Assembly (NCBI GenBank): GCA_035285865.1
Contig: JAYKHS010000022.1
Coordinates: 64,001-128,000 of the forward strand
DNA length: 64,000 nucleotides
From: Candidatus Sericytochromatia bacterium
Lineage (GTDB): Bacteria > Cyanobacteriota > Sericytochromatia > S15B-MN24 > VGJW01
Reading direction: 5' to 3'
Each line of letters opens with the position of its first letter. Within the stretch, counting starts at the first letter, position 1. Positions 30,566 through 40,439 of the stretch are shown here, piece by piece. The notes below the pieces were generated by a model. The model ran no database searches. It was not told the origin of the DNA and saw only the letters and a program-made list of their open reading frames with translations. Both the position numbers and the translations under genes were made by a program.

Positions 30566-31071
30566 GTCGGCTGATCCATCCCGGCTACCTGCCAATCGAG
30601 CACGGGATGGCCGGTCTGGCCCGGGTACGCCACCGAGACGGCTTGCCCGCAATCGGCCACGATCAGGTTCCGGCTGAGCGTTCCGCCCACATCCCCCGCG
30701 ACGATGGCGATGCCGAGTTCCCCGAGGGTCGCCTGCGCGGCGGCCACATTTCTGGGACCGATGGCCGGTCCGCCCCCGAAACCGCGGAACATGCGGGCTC
30801 CGCCGGCCACCAGCGCCTCGAGCGAGGTCGGCCGTGCCCCACGGGCCTCGAGGGCTTCGGCCATGGCTGCGATGCCCGTGTCGACGAACTTGTCCGGGTT
30901 GTCTTCCGGTACACCGTCGGCGCGAATGGGCAGCATGAAATGGCCGACGCCAACCAGGGGCTTCGAGACGGCACGGAGAATCACGGCGACACAGCTTCCC
31001 AGGCCCACGATGCGCCACGTCTCGGATGCCGCATCAGCCGTGATCCACGAGGCCATCGGCACATCCCTCAC
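30562..31071 (-). CDS. cheD: Chemoreceptor glutamine deamidase CheD
   Basis: GLGSCVAV, GHFMLP, KFVDTGI, AGGARMF, IGPRN, DVGGTLSR. Confidence 0.9.
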   Translation of the reverse strand: MRDVPMASWITADAASETWRIVGLGSCVAVILRAVSKPLVGVGHFMLPIRADGVPEDNPDKFVDTGIAAMAEALEARGARPTSLEALVAGGARMFRGFGGGPAIGPRNVAAAQATLGELGIAIVAGDVGGTLSRNLIVADCGQAVSVAYPGQTGHPVLDWQVAGMDQPT

Positions 31072-31691
31072 CGCAGTGCATCCAGACCCAGGGCTGCAAA
31101 CATCTTCGGCAGGAACGAGGCGGGCGGCAGGAAGACCAGCAGGACGCCGCATCCGGGAACGGCGGGGACTTCGAGACGACCTTCGAGGGTCACGATGGTC
31201 TGTCCGGCGAGCTGGATCTCGGCAGCCAGGGAATCAAGCACCGCTCCAGCCTGGTCATGCGCCAGCAGCGGGGCGCTGGGGCGGAGATCGAAGCCCGTCA
31301 GTTGCGTCAGAGCGCCGACATAGGCGGAGGTCAGGATGTTGCCGATTTCCGCGAGCGTCGACTCCGCGAGTTCGTCCATGTCCTGTCCTGCAGGACGATT
31401 CGGCAGCAGTACGCCAACAAGGCGCCGCGCTTCTGCCTCGCGGACCAGGAGCGCCATGTGGCCTTCGAGGTCACCGGAGACCATGAGGTAGATGGCCCAG
31501 ACCATCGCCTCCCGGCCACCCAGCAAAGTACCGATCTCTCCGAGGTCGCTCAGGTTCGCGCTGGGGACATCCATCCGTACCGGGTGCCCGATCAGGGCCG
31601 ACAGCGAGGACGCAGCGTGGCCGGCGCCCATGTTGCCCATCTCGCGCAGGGCATCGAGCTGAAGTTCGGTCAGGCGTCGCGGTTCGGTCAA
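31068..31691 (-). CDS. cheC: CheY-P phosphatase CheC
   Basis: DALREMGNMGAGHAA and STLAEIGNIL. Confidence 0.92.
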   Translation of the reverse strand: MTEPRRLTELQLDALREMGNMGAGHAASSLSALIGHPVRMDVPSANLSDLGEIGTLLGGREAMVWAIYLMVSGDLEGHMALLVREAEARRLVGVLLPNRPAGQDMDELAESTLAEIGNILTSAYVGALTQLTGFDLRPSAPLLAHDQAGAVLDSLAAEIQLAGQTIVTLEGRLEVPAVPGCGVLLVFLPPASFLPKMFAALGLDALR

Positions 31692-31702
31692 GGTTCCGGG
31701 CC

Positions 31703-33751
31703 TCAGGCCACCGCCGAGGCGTCGAGGATCAGCGCGATGCGCCCGTCGCCAAGGATGGAGGCGCCGCTGACCTGGCCGATGCCGCCGGCCAGCCGGCTGA
31801 TGGGTTTGATGACCACTTCCTGCTGGCCCAACAGGCGATCCACGAGGAAGCCCGTGCGTCGCGAGCCGACCCGAACGATCACGACCGATGCCTCCTGGCC
31901 CGCGGTACCGCCCGGGACATCCAGCGCATCGCGCAGGCGACGCAGGGGCAGGCTCTGGCCACGCAGCATGGCCATCTCCTCGTCCTGAACGGACTGGAGG
32001 CTCATGTCCACCAGATCATGGGCGTCTTCGATGAAGCTGATGGGGATCGCGTAGATCTCCTCGCCGACCTCCGTGAGCATGCACTGGATGATGGCGAGCG
32101 TCAGCGGCAGGATGACGGTGACATGCGTGCCCCGGCCGACCTGGCTGGTCATGTCGAGGACACCCCCCAGCGCGAGGGTCTTGGCTTTCACGGCGTCCAT
32201 GCCCACCCCGCGGCCCGAGATGTCCGTGACCTCGTCCCGGGTCGAGAAGCCCGGCAGGAAGAGCAGGTCGAGGCACTGCTTGTCATTCAGGCGCTGGGCC
32301 TCGTCCTGCCCGATGAGCCCCTTCTCGACGGCCTTGCGACGGATGCGCTCGGGGTCGAGCCCCTTGCCGTCGTCCTGGACCTCGATGATGACGTGGCTGC
32401 CTTCGTGGCGCGCCGCAAGGCGAATGGTGCCGATCCGTGGCTTGCCCATCAGCTCGCGATCGTCGCCGGGCTCGAGGCCGTGGTCGACGGCATTGCGCAG
32501 CAGGTGGAGCAGCGGGTCCGCGATCTCGTCGATCATCAGCCTGTCGAGTTCGGTCTCCTGACCTTCGACCACCAGCTGGACTTCCTTGCCCAGCTCGCGG
32601 GCCAAGTCCCGGACCATCCGCGGAAAGCGGCTGAAGACCCGCTCCACGGGCATCATGCGCAACTTCATGATGACGCCGTGGATGTCGGAGATGACGGAGC
32701 CGACGTGTCGGATGACTTCCTTGACGTCGTCCGACTCGTAGCGGTGCACGATCTCCTGCAGGCGCGTCCTGTCGATGACGAGTTCGCCCACGAGGTTGAC
32801 TAGGGCATCGAGTCGTTCCGTGGCAACGCGCACCGTCTGGGCGACCTTGGCCTTGCCCTCGTCGCCTTTGGCTTCCTGTGCAGCCTTCTGGGGAGGGGAT
32901 GACGGGGCCGCCGGCGCAGGCGGTGACGGCGCAGGCGGCGGGGCCGGGGCGACCGGCACGGGATGCGGTGCGGCTGCTGCACGCTGGGCGGAGAGGGGTG
33001 CGAGGCGAACCGAGGCGACTTCGGACACGTCGCGGATGCGGGTTTCAAGGTCCTGGACCGATTCGCGGGAGAGCACGAGCAGGGAGAAGCTGCGGTCGAA
33101 GCGCTCTTCCTCGAGGTCGGAGACCTCCGGGCTGGCCTGCAGCAGTTCGCCCTGACCCTCGAGCGCGGACAGCACCATGTAGGCGCGAACTCCCTTGAGC
33201 ATGCAGTCGGCGGCCAGCGTCACCTCAATCCAGTGTGCGTGGAAGCCCTGCGATTCGCCTTCGAGGATGACGGTCATGACGTAGTCGGCGACGGCCGGCC
33301 AGCCTGATCCGGTGTCGGCAGCCGAGACGACAGTCTGGACAGCGACACCTGCATTGACAGGGGCCGTGACGACACCGTCTTCGAGGATGGCCGTCAGGCG
33401 CTGGGCGAGGGCTCGGTGGTCGGGGCCGGACCGTTCCTCGATGATGGCGTCCAGCATGCCCGAGATGGTGTCGAGGCAGGAGAACAGCGCGTCGACCACC
33501 GTCCTGTCCGCCTGGCGCTTGCCGACACGGATGGCGTCGAGCAGATTCTCCATCTTGTGCGTGAGATCGGCCAGTGCGGCGTAGCCCATCGTGGCCGACA
33601 TGCCCTTCAGGGTGTGGGCAGCCCGGAAGATTTCGTCGACGGACTTGCGATCGTCTGGCTTGCTCTCGAGTTGCAGCAAGCGGTCGTTGAGCAGTTGCAG
33701 CATCTCCCGTGCCTCGTCGAGGAAGATGCTCAGGTACTGGTCGTTGTCCAC
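31703..33751 (-). CDS. cheA: Chemotaxis histidine kinase CheA
   Basis: FRAAHTLKGMS (Hpt), P2 domain, HLLRNAVDHG, SGRGVGMD, CheW-like P5. Confidence 0.97.
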   Translation of the reverse strand: MDNDQYLSIFLDEAREMLQLLNDRLLQLESKPDDRKSVDEIFRAAHTLKGMSATMGYAALADLTHKMENLLDAIRVGKRQADRTVVDALFSCLDTISGMLDAIIEERSGPDHRALAQRLTAILEDGVVTAPVNAGVAVQTVVSAADTGSGWPAVADYVMTVILEGESQGFHAHWIEVTLAADCMLKGVRAYMVLSALEGQGELLQASPEVSDLEEERFDRSFSLLVLSRESVQDLETRIRDVSEVASVRLAPLSAQRAAAAPHPVPVAPAPPPAPSPPAPAAPSSPPQKAAQEAKGDEGKAKVAQTVRVATERLDALVNLVGELVIDRTRLQEIVHRYESDDVKEVIRHVGSVISDIHGVIMKLRMMPVERVFSRFPRMVRDLARELGKEVQLVVEGQETELDRLMIDEIADPLLHLLRNAVDHGLEPGDDRELMGKPRIGTIRLAARHEGSHVIIEVQDDGKGLDPERIRRKAVEKGLIGQDEAQRLNDKQCLDLLFLPGFSTRDEVTDISGRGVGMDAVKAKTLALGGVLDMTSQVGRGTHVTVILPLTLAIIQCMLTEVGEEIYAIPISFIEDAHDLVDMSLQSVQDEEMAMLRGQSLPLRRLRDALDVPGGTAGQEASVVIVRVGSRRTGFLVDRLLGQQEVVIKPISRLAGGIGQVSGASILGDGRIALILDASAVA

Positions 33752-33754
33752 GCG

Positions 33755-34528
33755 TCAGGCCTTCTCGTAGAAGTACGGCCGCAAGGGGCGGCAGCCGTGC
33801 TCCCCGCCGGCGGGCAAATGCTCCGCCGAACCCACGAACAGCATACCCCCTGAGGGCAAGGCCCTCCCCAGCTTGCGCCATACTTCGTCCCGTGCGTCGT
33901 CGACCATGTGGATCGTGACGTTGCGGCAAAGAACGAGATGCTGGCCCTGCAGCGGCAGTTCCCCGAGCAGATCGTGCACGAGGAAACGGATACGGGCCAT
34001 CCAGGCCGTGGGGGCGGTCCAGGTTCCGTCGGGCGATAGGATGCCGCGTGTCTCGCGCCACGTCTCGGGCATACCTTGTTGGGCTTCGGGCGGGAACTGA
34101 CCGCGTGCGGCCCTTGCCAGCGTGGGACGGCTGATGTCCGTGGCCACGAACGTGCACCGCTCGAGCAGACCGGCCTCCTCGGCCATGGCCGCCACGGAAA
34201 GGATCTCCGCGCCGTCCGAGCAGCCGGCACTCCAGATGCGCACGGTCCCGAACCGTTCGGCGAGCGCCGGCAGGATATCGTCCCTGAGGGCCGCGAAGCC
34301 GTCGAGGTCGCGCAACCAGCCTGTGACGTGGATGGTCAGGCTGGCAACGAGTTCGTCCTGCAAGGCCACGTCGCGATGCAGGCGTTCGATCAGATGCTCG
34401 CGCGATTGCTCCGCCTGGCCCGAGAGCCAGGAGGTCAGTCGCCGATCCACGGCGTCGTCGCGATAGCTGGCGATGGGGAAGTCCAGAACGGAAGCCAAGG
34501 CCTCCTTGATGGCCTGCGTTTCGGCCAT
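33755..34528 (-). CDS. cheR: Chemotaxis methyltransferase CheR (divergent)
   Basis: IWSAGCSDGAE, ATDIS, LVLCRNV, GGMLFVGSAE; TGATG overlap with flhA. Confidence 0.85.
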   Translation of the reverse strand: MAETQAIKEALASVLDFPIASYRDDAVDRRLTSWLSGQAEQSREHLIERLHRDVALQDELVASLTIHVTGWLRDLDGFAALRDDILPALAERFGTVRIWSAGCSDGAEILSVAAMAEEAGLLERCTFVATDISRPTLARAARGQFPPEAQQGMPETWRETRGILSPDGTWTAPTAWMARIRFLVHDLLGELPLQGQHLVLCRNVTIHMVDDARDEVWRKLGRALPSGGMLFVGSAEHLPAGGEHGCRPLRPYFYEKA

Positions 34529-36633
34529 CACGTCTGGATCACCCCGAGGGCCCGGACTTCGGTGCTGGTCGGCACGACCTCGTTGTAGGCCATGACGGGA
34601 ATCTGGGGCAGGTCGCGCTCGATCAGGCGACGGAACACCAGGCGTACCTTGCTGGAACACAGGATTACCGGCGTGATGCCGGAGGCCACCTGCTGTTCGA
34701 CGAGGCTTCGCGTGTTCCGGCGGATGATGCCGGCCAACCCGGGCTCGAGGCTGACGAAGGCACCCTGGTCCGTCTGCTGGATGTTCTGCGCCATGTGGTT
34801 CTCGAGGTCGGGGTCGAGCGTCAGCACCGCGAGGGCACCGTCCGGCCCCAGGCTGGCCTTGCAGATCGAACGCGCAAGCGCGAGGCGGGCATACTCCGTG
34901 AGCGTGTCGATGTCCTTGGTCAGACGTGCGTGGGTCTCAAGACTCTCCAGCACCGGGATCAGGTCGCGGATGCTGACGCGATCCCGCAGCAGGTTCTGCA
35001 GCACGTGTTGCACGTCCGAAACCTGCAGCAGTTCGGGAACCACCGCACTGACCAGCGACTCCTGCTCCTGCTTCAGGTTGTCGAGCAGGGCCTGGGTATC
35101 GGAGCGCGTCAGGATCTCGGGTGCGTGAGCCTTCAGGACCTCCATCAGGTGGGTGGCGATGACGGAAGCCACGTCGAACACCGTGTATCCGGCCATCTCG
35201 GCCTGCTCCTTGCGGTCCTCGGTGATCCAGGTGGCGGGAAGCCCGAAAACCGGCTCCACCGTGGCGATGCCGTCGATTGGCTCCACGGTGAGGCCTGAGT
35301 CCATGGCGAGGAAGTGGTCGATCTGGACCTCTCCGCGTGCGATGTCGATGCCGCGCAGGTTGATGCGGTATTCCTTGGGCTTGAGCTGCAGGTTGTCGCG
35401 GACCCGGATGGGGGGGACCACGAGGCCCATCTTGAGGGCCATCTGCCGGCGGATCATCGTGATGCGTTCGAGCAGGTCGCCGCCCTGCGTGGTGTCCACG
35501 AGCGGGATCAGGCGATAGCCGACCTCGAGCTCCATGGCATCGACCTTGAGCAGCGTCATGACGTTCTCGGGTCCCTTGAGGGCCTCGATGCCCATGTCCT
35601 CGGAGACTTCCTGAGCGGCGGCCGCGGCCTTTCCTGCCTGCTCCTGCCGGATCATCGTGTAGCCGATGCCGCCGACGATGCCTGCGACCATCAGGAAGGG
35701 CATCCCGGGGAGGCCTGGCACGATGGCGAGGAAGCCCAGCATCCCGGCGGCGATCAGCAGGGGGCGCGGGCTGGCCGTGATCTGGCCGGCGATGGTCTCG
35801 CCGAGGCTGGTGGTGCTGGCCGCGCGCGACACCAGGATGCCCGTGCCGGTCGAGATCAGCAAAGCGGGGATCTGGCTGATCAGACCGTCGCCGATCGACA
35901 GCACGGTGTAGCGGCCCGCCGCATCGACCAAGGGGCGGCCTTGCTGGAGGACGCCGATGATGATGCCACCGACCAGGTTGATGGCGGTGATGATGAGGCC
36001 GGCGACGGCGTCCCCGCGCACGAACTTGCTGGCGCCGTCCATCGTGCCGTAGAAGTCGGCCTCGCGCTGGATGGCCTGGCGACGTTCGCGGGCTTCCTGT
36101 TCCTGGATCAGGCCGCTGTTCAGGTCCGCGTCGATGGCCATCTGTTTGCCGGGCATGGCATCCAGGGTGAAACGCGCGGACACTTCAGAGATGCGGCCCG
36201 CACCGTTGGTGATGACGACGAACTGGATGATGACGAGGATCAGGAAGACCACGAGGCCGACGACGTAGTTGCCGCCGATGACGAACTTGCCGAAGGCCTC
36301 GACCACTCTGGGCACGTGGTCCGCATCGAGCAGGATGACCCGTGTAGTGGAGATGTTCAGGGCCAACCGGAACAGCGTCAGCAGCAGCAAAAGCGTGGGG
36401 AACGTGTTGAGCGAAACGGGCTCGATGACGTACAGCGCCAGCAGCAACATGAGGAGGCTGGCCGTGATGTTGACGACCAGCAGGAAGTCGAGGATCGCCG
36501 CCGGTATCGGCAGGATCATCATCACGACCACCGCCACCATGATGACGGCCAGGACGATGTCCGAGTTGCGCGCGAGGGCCGCGAGGCCGCCCGGGGCAGC
36601 ACCTCCGGCAGGGGCGGTCGACTGGCTGGCCAT
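34528..36633 (-). CDS. flhA: Flagellar export protein FlhA
   Basis: EVSARFTLDAMPGKQMAIDADL, DFYGTMDGASKFVRGDA. Confidence 0.98.
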   Translation of the reverse strand: MASQSTAPAGGAAPGGLAALARNSDIVLAVIMVAVVVMMILPIPAAILDFLLVVNITASLLMLLLALYVIEPVSLNTFPTLLLLLTLFRLALNISTTRVILLDADHVPRVVEAFGKFVIGGNYVVGLVVFLILVIIQFVVITNGAGRISEVSARFTLDAMPGKQMAIDADLNSGLIQEQEARERRQAIQREADFYGTMDGASKFVRGDAVAGLIITAINLVGGIIIGVLQQGRPLVDAAGRYTVLSIGDGLISQIPALLISTGTGILVSRAASTTSLGETIAGQITASPRPLLIAAGMLGFLAIVPGLPGMPFLMVAGIVGGIGYTMIRQEQAGKAAAAAQEVSEDMGIEALKGPENVMTLLKVDAMELEVGYRLIPLVDTTQGGDLLERITMIRRQMALKMGLVVPPIRVRDNLQLKPKEYRINLRGIDIARGEVQIDHFLAMDSGLTVEPIDGIATVEPVFGLPATWITEDRKEQAEMAGYTVFDVASVIATHLMEVLKAHAPEILTRSDTQALLDNLKQEQESLVSAVVPELLQVSDVQHVLQNLLRDRVSIRDLIPVLESLETHARLTKDIDTLTEYARLALARSICKASLGPDGALAVLTLDPDLENHMAQNIQQTDQGAFVSLEPGLAGIIRRNTRSLVEQQVASGITPVILCSSKVRLVFRRLIERDLPQIPVMAYNEVVPTSTEVRALGVIQT

Positions 36634-36642
36634 GGAAACGCC

Positions 36643-37692
36643 TTATACCCCGGCCCGCTGGACCGAGACCAGAATCTCGGCCACCACCTGGTAGAGTTCG
36701 GCCGGAATGCTCTCGCCGAGTTCCACCTGTCGGACCATCTGCCGCGCCAGGGGCGGATTTTCCACGACCGGAACGCCATGCAAGCGCGCGAGTTCCTTGA
36801 TGCGTCGTGCGACCTCGTCGGTGCCTTTGGCGACCACGATCGGCACGGGCACGTCGACCGGATGGTACCGGAGCGCGACGGCGAAGTGGGTCGGGTTGGT
36901 CACGACGACGCTCGCGAGGGGCACCTGCTGCATCATCCGGCGCCGGGCCGCCTGGCGCATGCGCTTGCGAATCTCTCCCTTGACCAGCGGATCGCCCTCG
37001 GTATTGCGGTTCTCGTCCTTGACCTCCTGCTTGGACATCTTGAGGGACTTCTCATAGGTCCGTTTCTGCCACCACCAGTCGAAGGCCGCGAAGGCAATCA
37101 GCACCATCACGATGCGCACGCCCAGCGTCCAGAGGGCTTCGCCGATCCGTGGCGCGAAGACCCGCGGATCGGAGCCGAGCGCCACGACCAGTTCAGGTCC
37201 GTACTGTCGGACGACTTGCCATGCCACGGCGCCGATGACGGCCATCTTGGCGAGATTCTTGACCAACTCCATCACTGCCCTGCTCGAGAACAGGCGTTGC
37301 AGGCCAGAGATGGGGTCGATGCGCTTGAGGTCCGGCCGCAGCGGTTCCGTGGTCAGCAACTGACCGACCATCGCCCGCTGGACGACGATACCCGTCAACA
37401 GCAGGCCGAGGGCGAAGGGGGCCGCGACGACAAGCAGGGTCCCGCCATCCTCGAGCAGGAGGGTGCCGAGGTATTCTGCCGTCATGTCGGGCCCGCGCAA
37501 CTGGCCGAGACGCCGTTGCATCATCTGACCCAGCGATTCCGAGGCCGAGGCCCAGTTCAGGCGGAACAAGGCCAGCGCGACGGCAAGCGAGGCCGCGATG
37601 GCGACATCGTTGCTGCGCAGGACCTGACCTTTGTTGCGCGCGTCCTGCCGACGCTTGGGCGTGGCCTCCTCGGTCTTTTCGGGTTCTGCCAT
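36643..37692 (-). CDS. flhB: Flagellar export switch protein FlhB
   Basis: EKTEEATPKRR, EGDPLVK, NPTH cleavage motif. Confidence 0.97.
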   Translation of the reverse strand: MAEPEKTEEATPKRRQDARNKGQVLRSNDVAIAASLAVALALFRLNWASASESLGQMMQRRLGQLRGPDMTAEYLGTLLLEDGGTLLVVAAPFALGLLLTGIVVQRAMVGQLLTTEPLRPDLKRIDPISGLQRLFSSRAVMELVKNLAKMAVIGAVAWQVVRQYGPELVVALGSDPRVFAPRIGEALWTLGVRIVMVLIAFAAFDWWWQKRTYEKSLKMSKQEVKDENRNTEGDPLVKGEIRKRMRQAARRRMMQQVPLASVVVTNPTHFAVALRYHPVDVPVPIVVAKGTDEVARRIKELARLHGVPVVENPPLARQMVRQVELGESIPAELYQVVAEILVSVQRAGV

Positions 37693-37695
37693 CCG

Positions 37696-38481
37696 TCAGG
37701 ACCCGAAGAAGCCCGAAAGCCGCGGCAACCAGCGTGCGATGAGCGTGTCGAGGAAGTGCGTGATGGCTGGCAGGCCAGTCAGCAGGATGCCGATCCCCAG
37801 CGCGATCTTGAGCGCGAAACCGGCCGAGAAGACATTCAGGGCCGGCATCATGCGGTTCATGACGGCGAGGCCGATCTCGGCCACCAAGAGCACGCCCAGG
37901 ATCGGAAAGAGCAGAGCGAAGGCGATCGTGAACAGGGTATCCAAGGCGCCGATTACTCGGTCCAGCATGCCGGGAGTGAATGGGTTTCGGCCGAGCGGAA
38001 CCTGGTCCAGCGTGCCGCCCAGGGCCTCCACGATGGCGAGGTGCCCGTCCGTCATCAGCAGCACCAGAGTAGCGATCGAACCCAGGAAGAGGGCGAGGGA
38101 GGGCAGCTGCTGATTCGACATGGGGTCGTAGACCTGGTCCATCCCGAAGCCCATCTGCAGCCCGATCAGGTAGCCTGCGAACTGCACGCCGTAGATCACG
38201 AACATGCCCAACACGCCGAGCGTCAGCCCGATGAAGGCTTCGCCAGCGACAGCCGTGGCGAGCCCCCCTGGTCCGGCCGGCAACTGGAGGCCGGGCCGGG
38301 CCAGCTCGAGCGGGACCAGAATCAGGGCAATCAGGGCGCCGAGTCCCACGCGTACGCGTACGGGGACCTGGGGGGCCGCCAGGATCGGGGCAGTCAGGGC
38401 CAAGGCACCGAATCGGGTCAGCAGCAGGCCGAACACCAGAATCCCCTGACCGGGGAGCTGCATCAAGCCCGTCAGCTCCAC
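37696..38481 (-). CDS. fliR: Flagellar export protein FliR
   Basis: AGYLIGLQMGFG, DGHL, RMMPALNVF. Start GTG 38481 or ATG 38463. Confidence 0.93.
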   Translation of the reverse strand: MELTGLMQLPGQGILVFGLLLTRFGALALTAPILAAPQVPVRVRVGLGALIALILVPLELARPGLQLPAGPGGLATAVAGEAFIGLTLGVLGMFVIYGVQFAGYLIGLQMGFGMDQVYDPMSNQQLPSLALFLGSIATLVLLMTDGHLAIVEALGGTLDQVPLGRNPFTPGMLDRVIGALDTLFTIAFALLFPILGVLLVAEIGLAVMNRMMPALNVFSAGFALKIALGIGILLTGLPAITHFLDTLIARWLPRLSGFFGS

Positions 38482-38489
38482 GGGCGGGC

Positions 38490-38759
38490 CTATTTCGCCA
38501 TGCGAGGCAACGACACGAGGACGGATCGGGAGAAGTCGAGAACGGACTCGAGCATCCACGGGCCCAGCAAGACCAAAACCGCCAGAATGGCCGCGACCTT
38601 GGGGATGAACGTGAGGGTGGATTCGTTGAGCTGCGTGACGGCCTGGATCAGGCTGATGACCAGACCCACCACCAGAGAGACCAGCAAAGGGGGGCCGCCC
38701 AGCATCACGGCCGTGAGCAGCGCCGTCTGCGTCAGTTCGAGAAAGGCCTCGCGTGTCAT
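38490..38759 (-). CDS. fliQ: Flagellar export protein FliQ
   Basis: GLVISLIQAVTQLNESTLTFIPK, GPWM. Confidence 0.95.
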   Translation of the reverse strand: MTREAFLELTQTALLTAVMLGGPPLLVSLVVGLVISLIQAVTQLNESTLTFIPKVAAILAVLVLLGPWMLESVLDFSRSVLVSLPRMAK

Positions 38760-39520
38760 TGGAAGCTCTGCACCAGGCCGCGCGCCAGCAGGTGCCAGCC
38801 ATCGACCAGCACGAACAGGATCAGCTTGAAGGGCAGCGAGACCATGACCGGGGGCAGCATCATCATGCCCATGGACATCAGGATGCTGCTGACAACCAAA
38901 TCGATGACCAGGAAGGGCAAGTAGAGCGTGAAGCCCATCTGGAAGGCGGTCTTGAGCTCGCTGGTCACGAACGCCGGCACCACGACCCACGTCGGGATGT
39001 CCGACGGGCGCCGCGGACGCTCGATCTTGGCCAGGCGCACGAACAGCCCGAGGTCACGCTGTCGCGTCTGGCGCAGCATGAAGGCGCGAATGGGGCCCTC
39101 TGCGGCTTTGAGCGCCTGACCTTGGGTGATTCGTCCGGTCTGGTAGGGCTCCAAGGCATCCTTCTGGATGCGTTGCAGGGTTGGTGTCATCACGAAGAGC
39201 GTGAGGAACAGCGCGAGGCCGACCATGACCTGATTCGGCGGCATGGCTTGGGTACCCAGAGCTTGCCGGGTGAAAGAGAGCACGATGACGATGCGGGTGA
39301 AGGCCGTCATCATCACGAGGATGGCCGGGGCGAGCGACAGCACGGTCAGCAGCGCAAGGAGCTGCAGCGAAGTCGAGATGGATTGGCGATCCTCCGTCAG
39401 GGGGATCGCCGGCACCCGAATCTGGGCCAGTGCCGGAGCGTCGATGAGCAGCCACGCAACTATCACGGCTGTTGCCGGCAGCAGCCAGCGTTCGAGCGTC
39501 CGGAGATCCCGATCAGGCAT
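38756..39520 (-). CDS. fliP: Flagellar export protein FliP
   Basis: FTRIVIVLS, PPNQV, PAFVTSELKTAF, GMMMLPP, KLILFVLVDGW. Confidence 0.96.
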   Translation of the reverse strand: MPDRDLRTLERWLLPATAVIVAWLLIDAPALAQIRVPAIPLTEDRQSISTSLQLLALLTVLSLAPAILVMMTAFTRIVIVLSFTRQALGTQAMPPNQVMVGLALFLTLFVMTPTLQRIQKDALEPYQTGRITQGQALKAAEGPIRAFMLRQTRQRDLGLFVRLAKIERPRRPSDIPTWVVVPAFVTSELKTAFQMGFTLYLPFLVIDLVVSSILMSMGMMMLPPVMVSLPFKLILFVLVDGWHLLARGLVQSFQ

Positions 39521-40070
39521 GACGGCCCTGCTCGCTTGTGCGCGACGCCTGGCCCACCGATTGCCGGAACATGGCCTCGGCGACCGACGGTGGTGCCTGG
39601 TCAAGGGGCCACTCCGCCAGCTTGACCAGCAAGCCGGCACCGTTGGTGCCCAGCAGCAGGACCTGTGACCCGGCCTGCACCAGGCACAGGCTTTGCGTTC
39701 CGGCCAGCCGGGTCTGTTCCAGAACCATGATTCGTCCGTCGCCCAAGGGTGCCCGAAGGGCCATGAATCTCCGGAGGCCGAAGAGCGTGGCCACCAGCAG
39801 GCCCAGCACGAACAGGAAGCGGATCAGGAATCGGCCCAGTGCCTTCCACCATGGCACGTCCTCGGTCGCCTCAGGTTCCTCGCCGTAATCCCTCCAGACG
39901 AAGGCGTCTTCCGAAGCTTCCGGAACCGCTCCGGTTTCCGTGGGTTGGCTGACGGCCGCTGCAGGCGCGGCGATCGCGGCCTCGGCCCGGACCTCCTCCG
40001 GCATGGCGGGGCTCCACGCCAGTGCACCCGCCAGCACCAGCAGGCCGAGCGCGCGTGTCCTGGCCGTCAC
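39513..40070 (-). CDS. fliO: Flagellar protein FliO/FliZ
   Basis: TM segment followed by IMVLEQTRLAGTQSLCLVQAG..LLLG; position before fliP. Confidence 0.8.
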   Translation of the reverse strand: MTARTRALGLLVLAGALAWSPAMPEEVRAEAAIAAPAAAVSQPTETGAVPEASEDAFVWRDYGEEPEATEDVPWWKALGRFLIRFLFVLGLLVATLFGLRRFMALRAPLGDGRIMVLEQTRLAGTQSLCLVQAGSQVLLLGTNGAGLLVKLAEWPLDQAPPSVAEAMFRQSVGQASRTSEQGRHA

Positions 40071-40075
40071 GGGAG

Positions 40076-40435
40076 TCAGCGCAGGGCCTTCTTGACGGCG
40101 TCCACCACCCGGTCAGCCTGGAACGGCTTGACGATGAAGTCTCTCGCCCCGCTCTGGATGGCTTCGAGGACCATCGCCTGCTGACCCATGGCGGAGCAGA
40201 CGATGATGCGGGCCTTGGGGTCCTTCGACAGGATGTGGCGCGTTGCGGTCAGGCCGTCCATCTCGGGCATCGTGATGTCCATGGTGACCAGGTCCACCGT
40301 GTGCTGCTGGTACATCGAGACAGCCTCGACGCCGGTCTTGGCCTCGGCGACCACGTTGAAGCCGTGGGCCGTCAGGATGTCCTTGAGCATCAGGCGCATG
40401 AACGCCGCGTCATCTACGACCAGAATATTCTTCAT
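40076..40435 (-). CDS. cheY: Chemotaxis response regulator CheY
   Basis: VVDDAAFMR, MDITMPEMDG, CSAMGQQ, DFIVKPF. Confidence 0.95.
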   Translation of the reverse strand: MKNILVVDDAAFMRLMLKDILTAHGFNVVAEAKTGVEAVSMYQQHTVDLVTMDITMPEMDGLTATRHILSKDPKARIIVCSAMGQQAMVLEAIQSGARDFIVKPFQADRVVDAVKKALR

Positions 40436-40439
40436 GGCT

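Noticed and set aside
35314..38829. 1171-aa plus-strand ORF and other long antisense ORFs (238-2214, 14404-17103, 51234-53288, 24543-26237)
   Set aside because: Shadow ORFs opposite well-supported genes; expected in high-GC DNA and without recognisable motifs.
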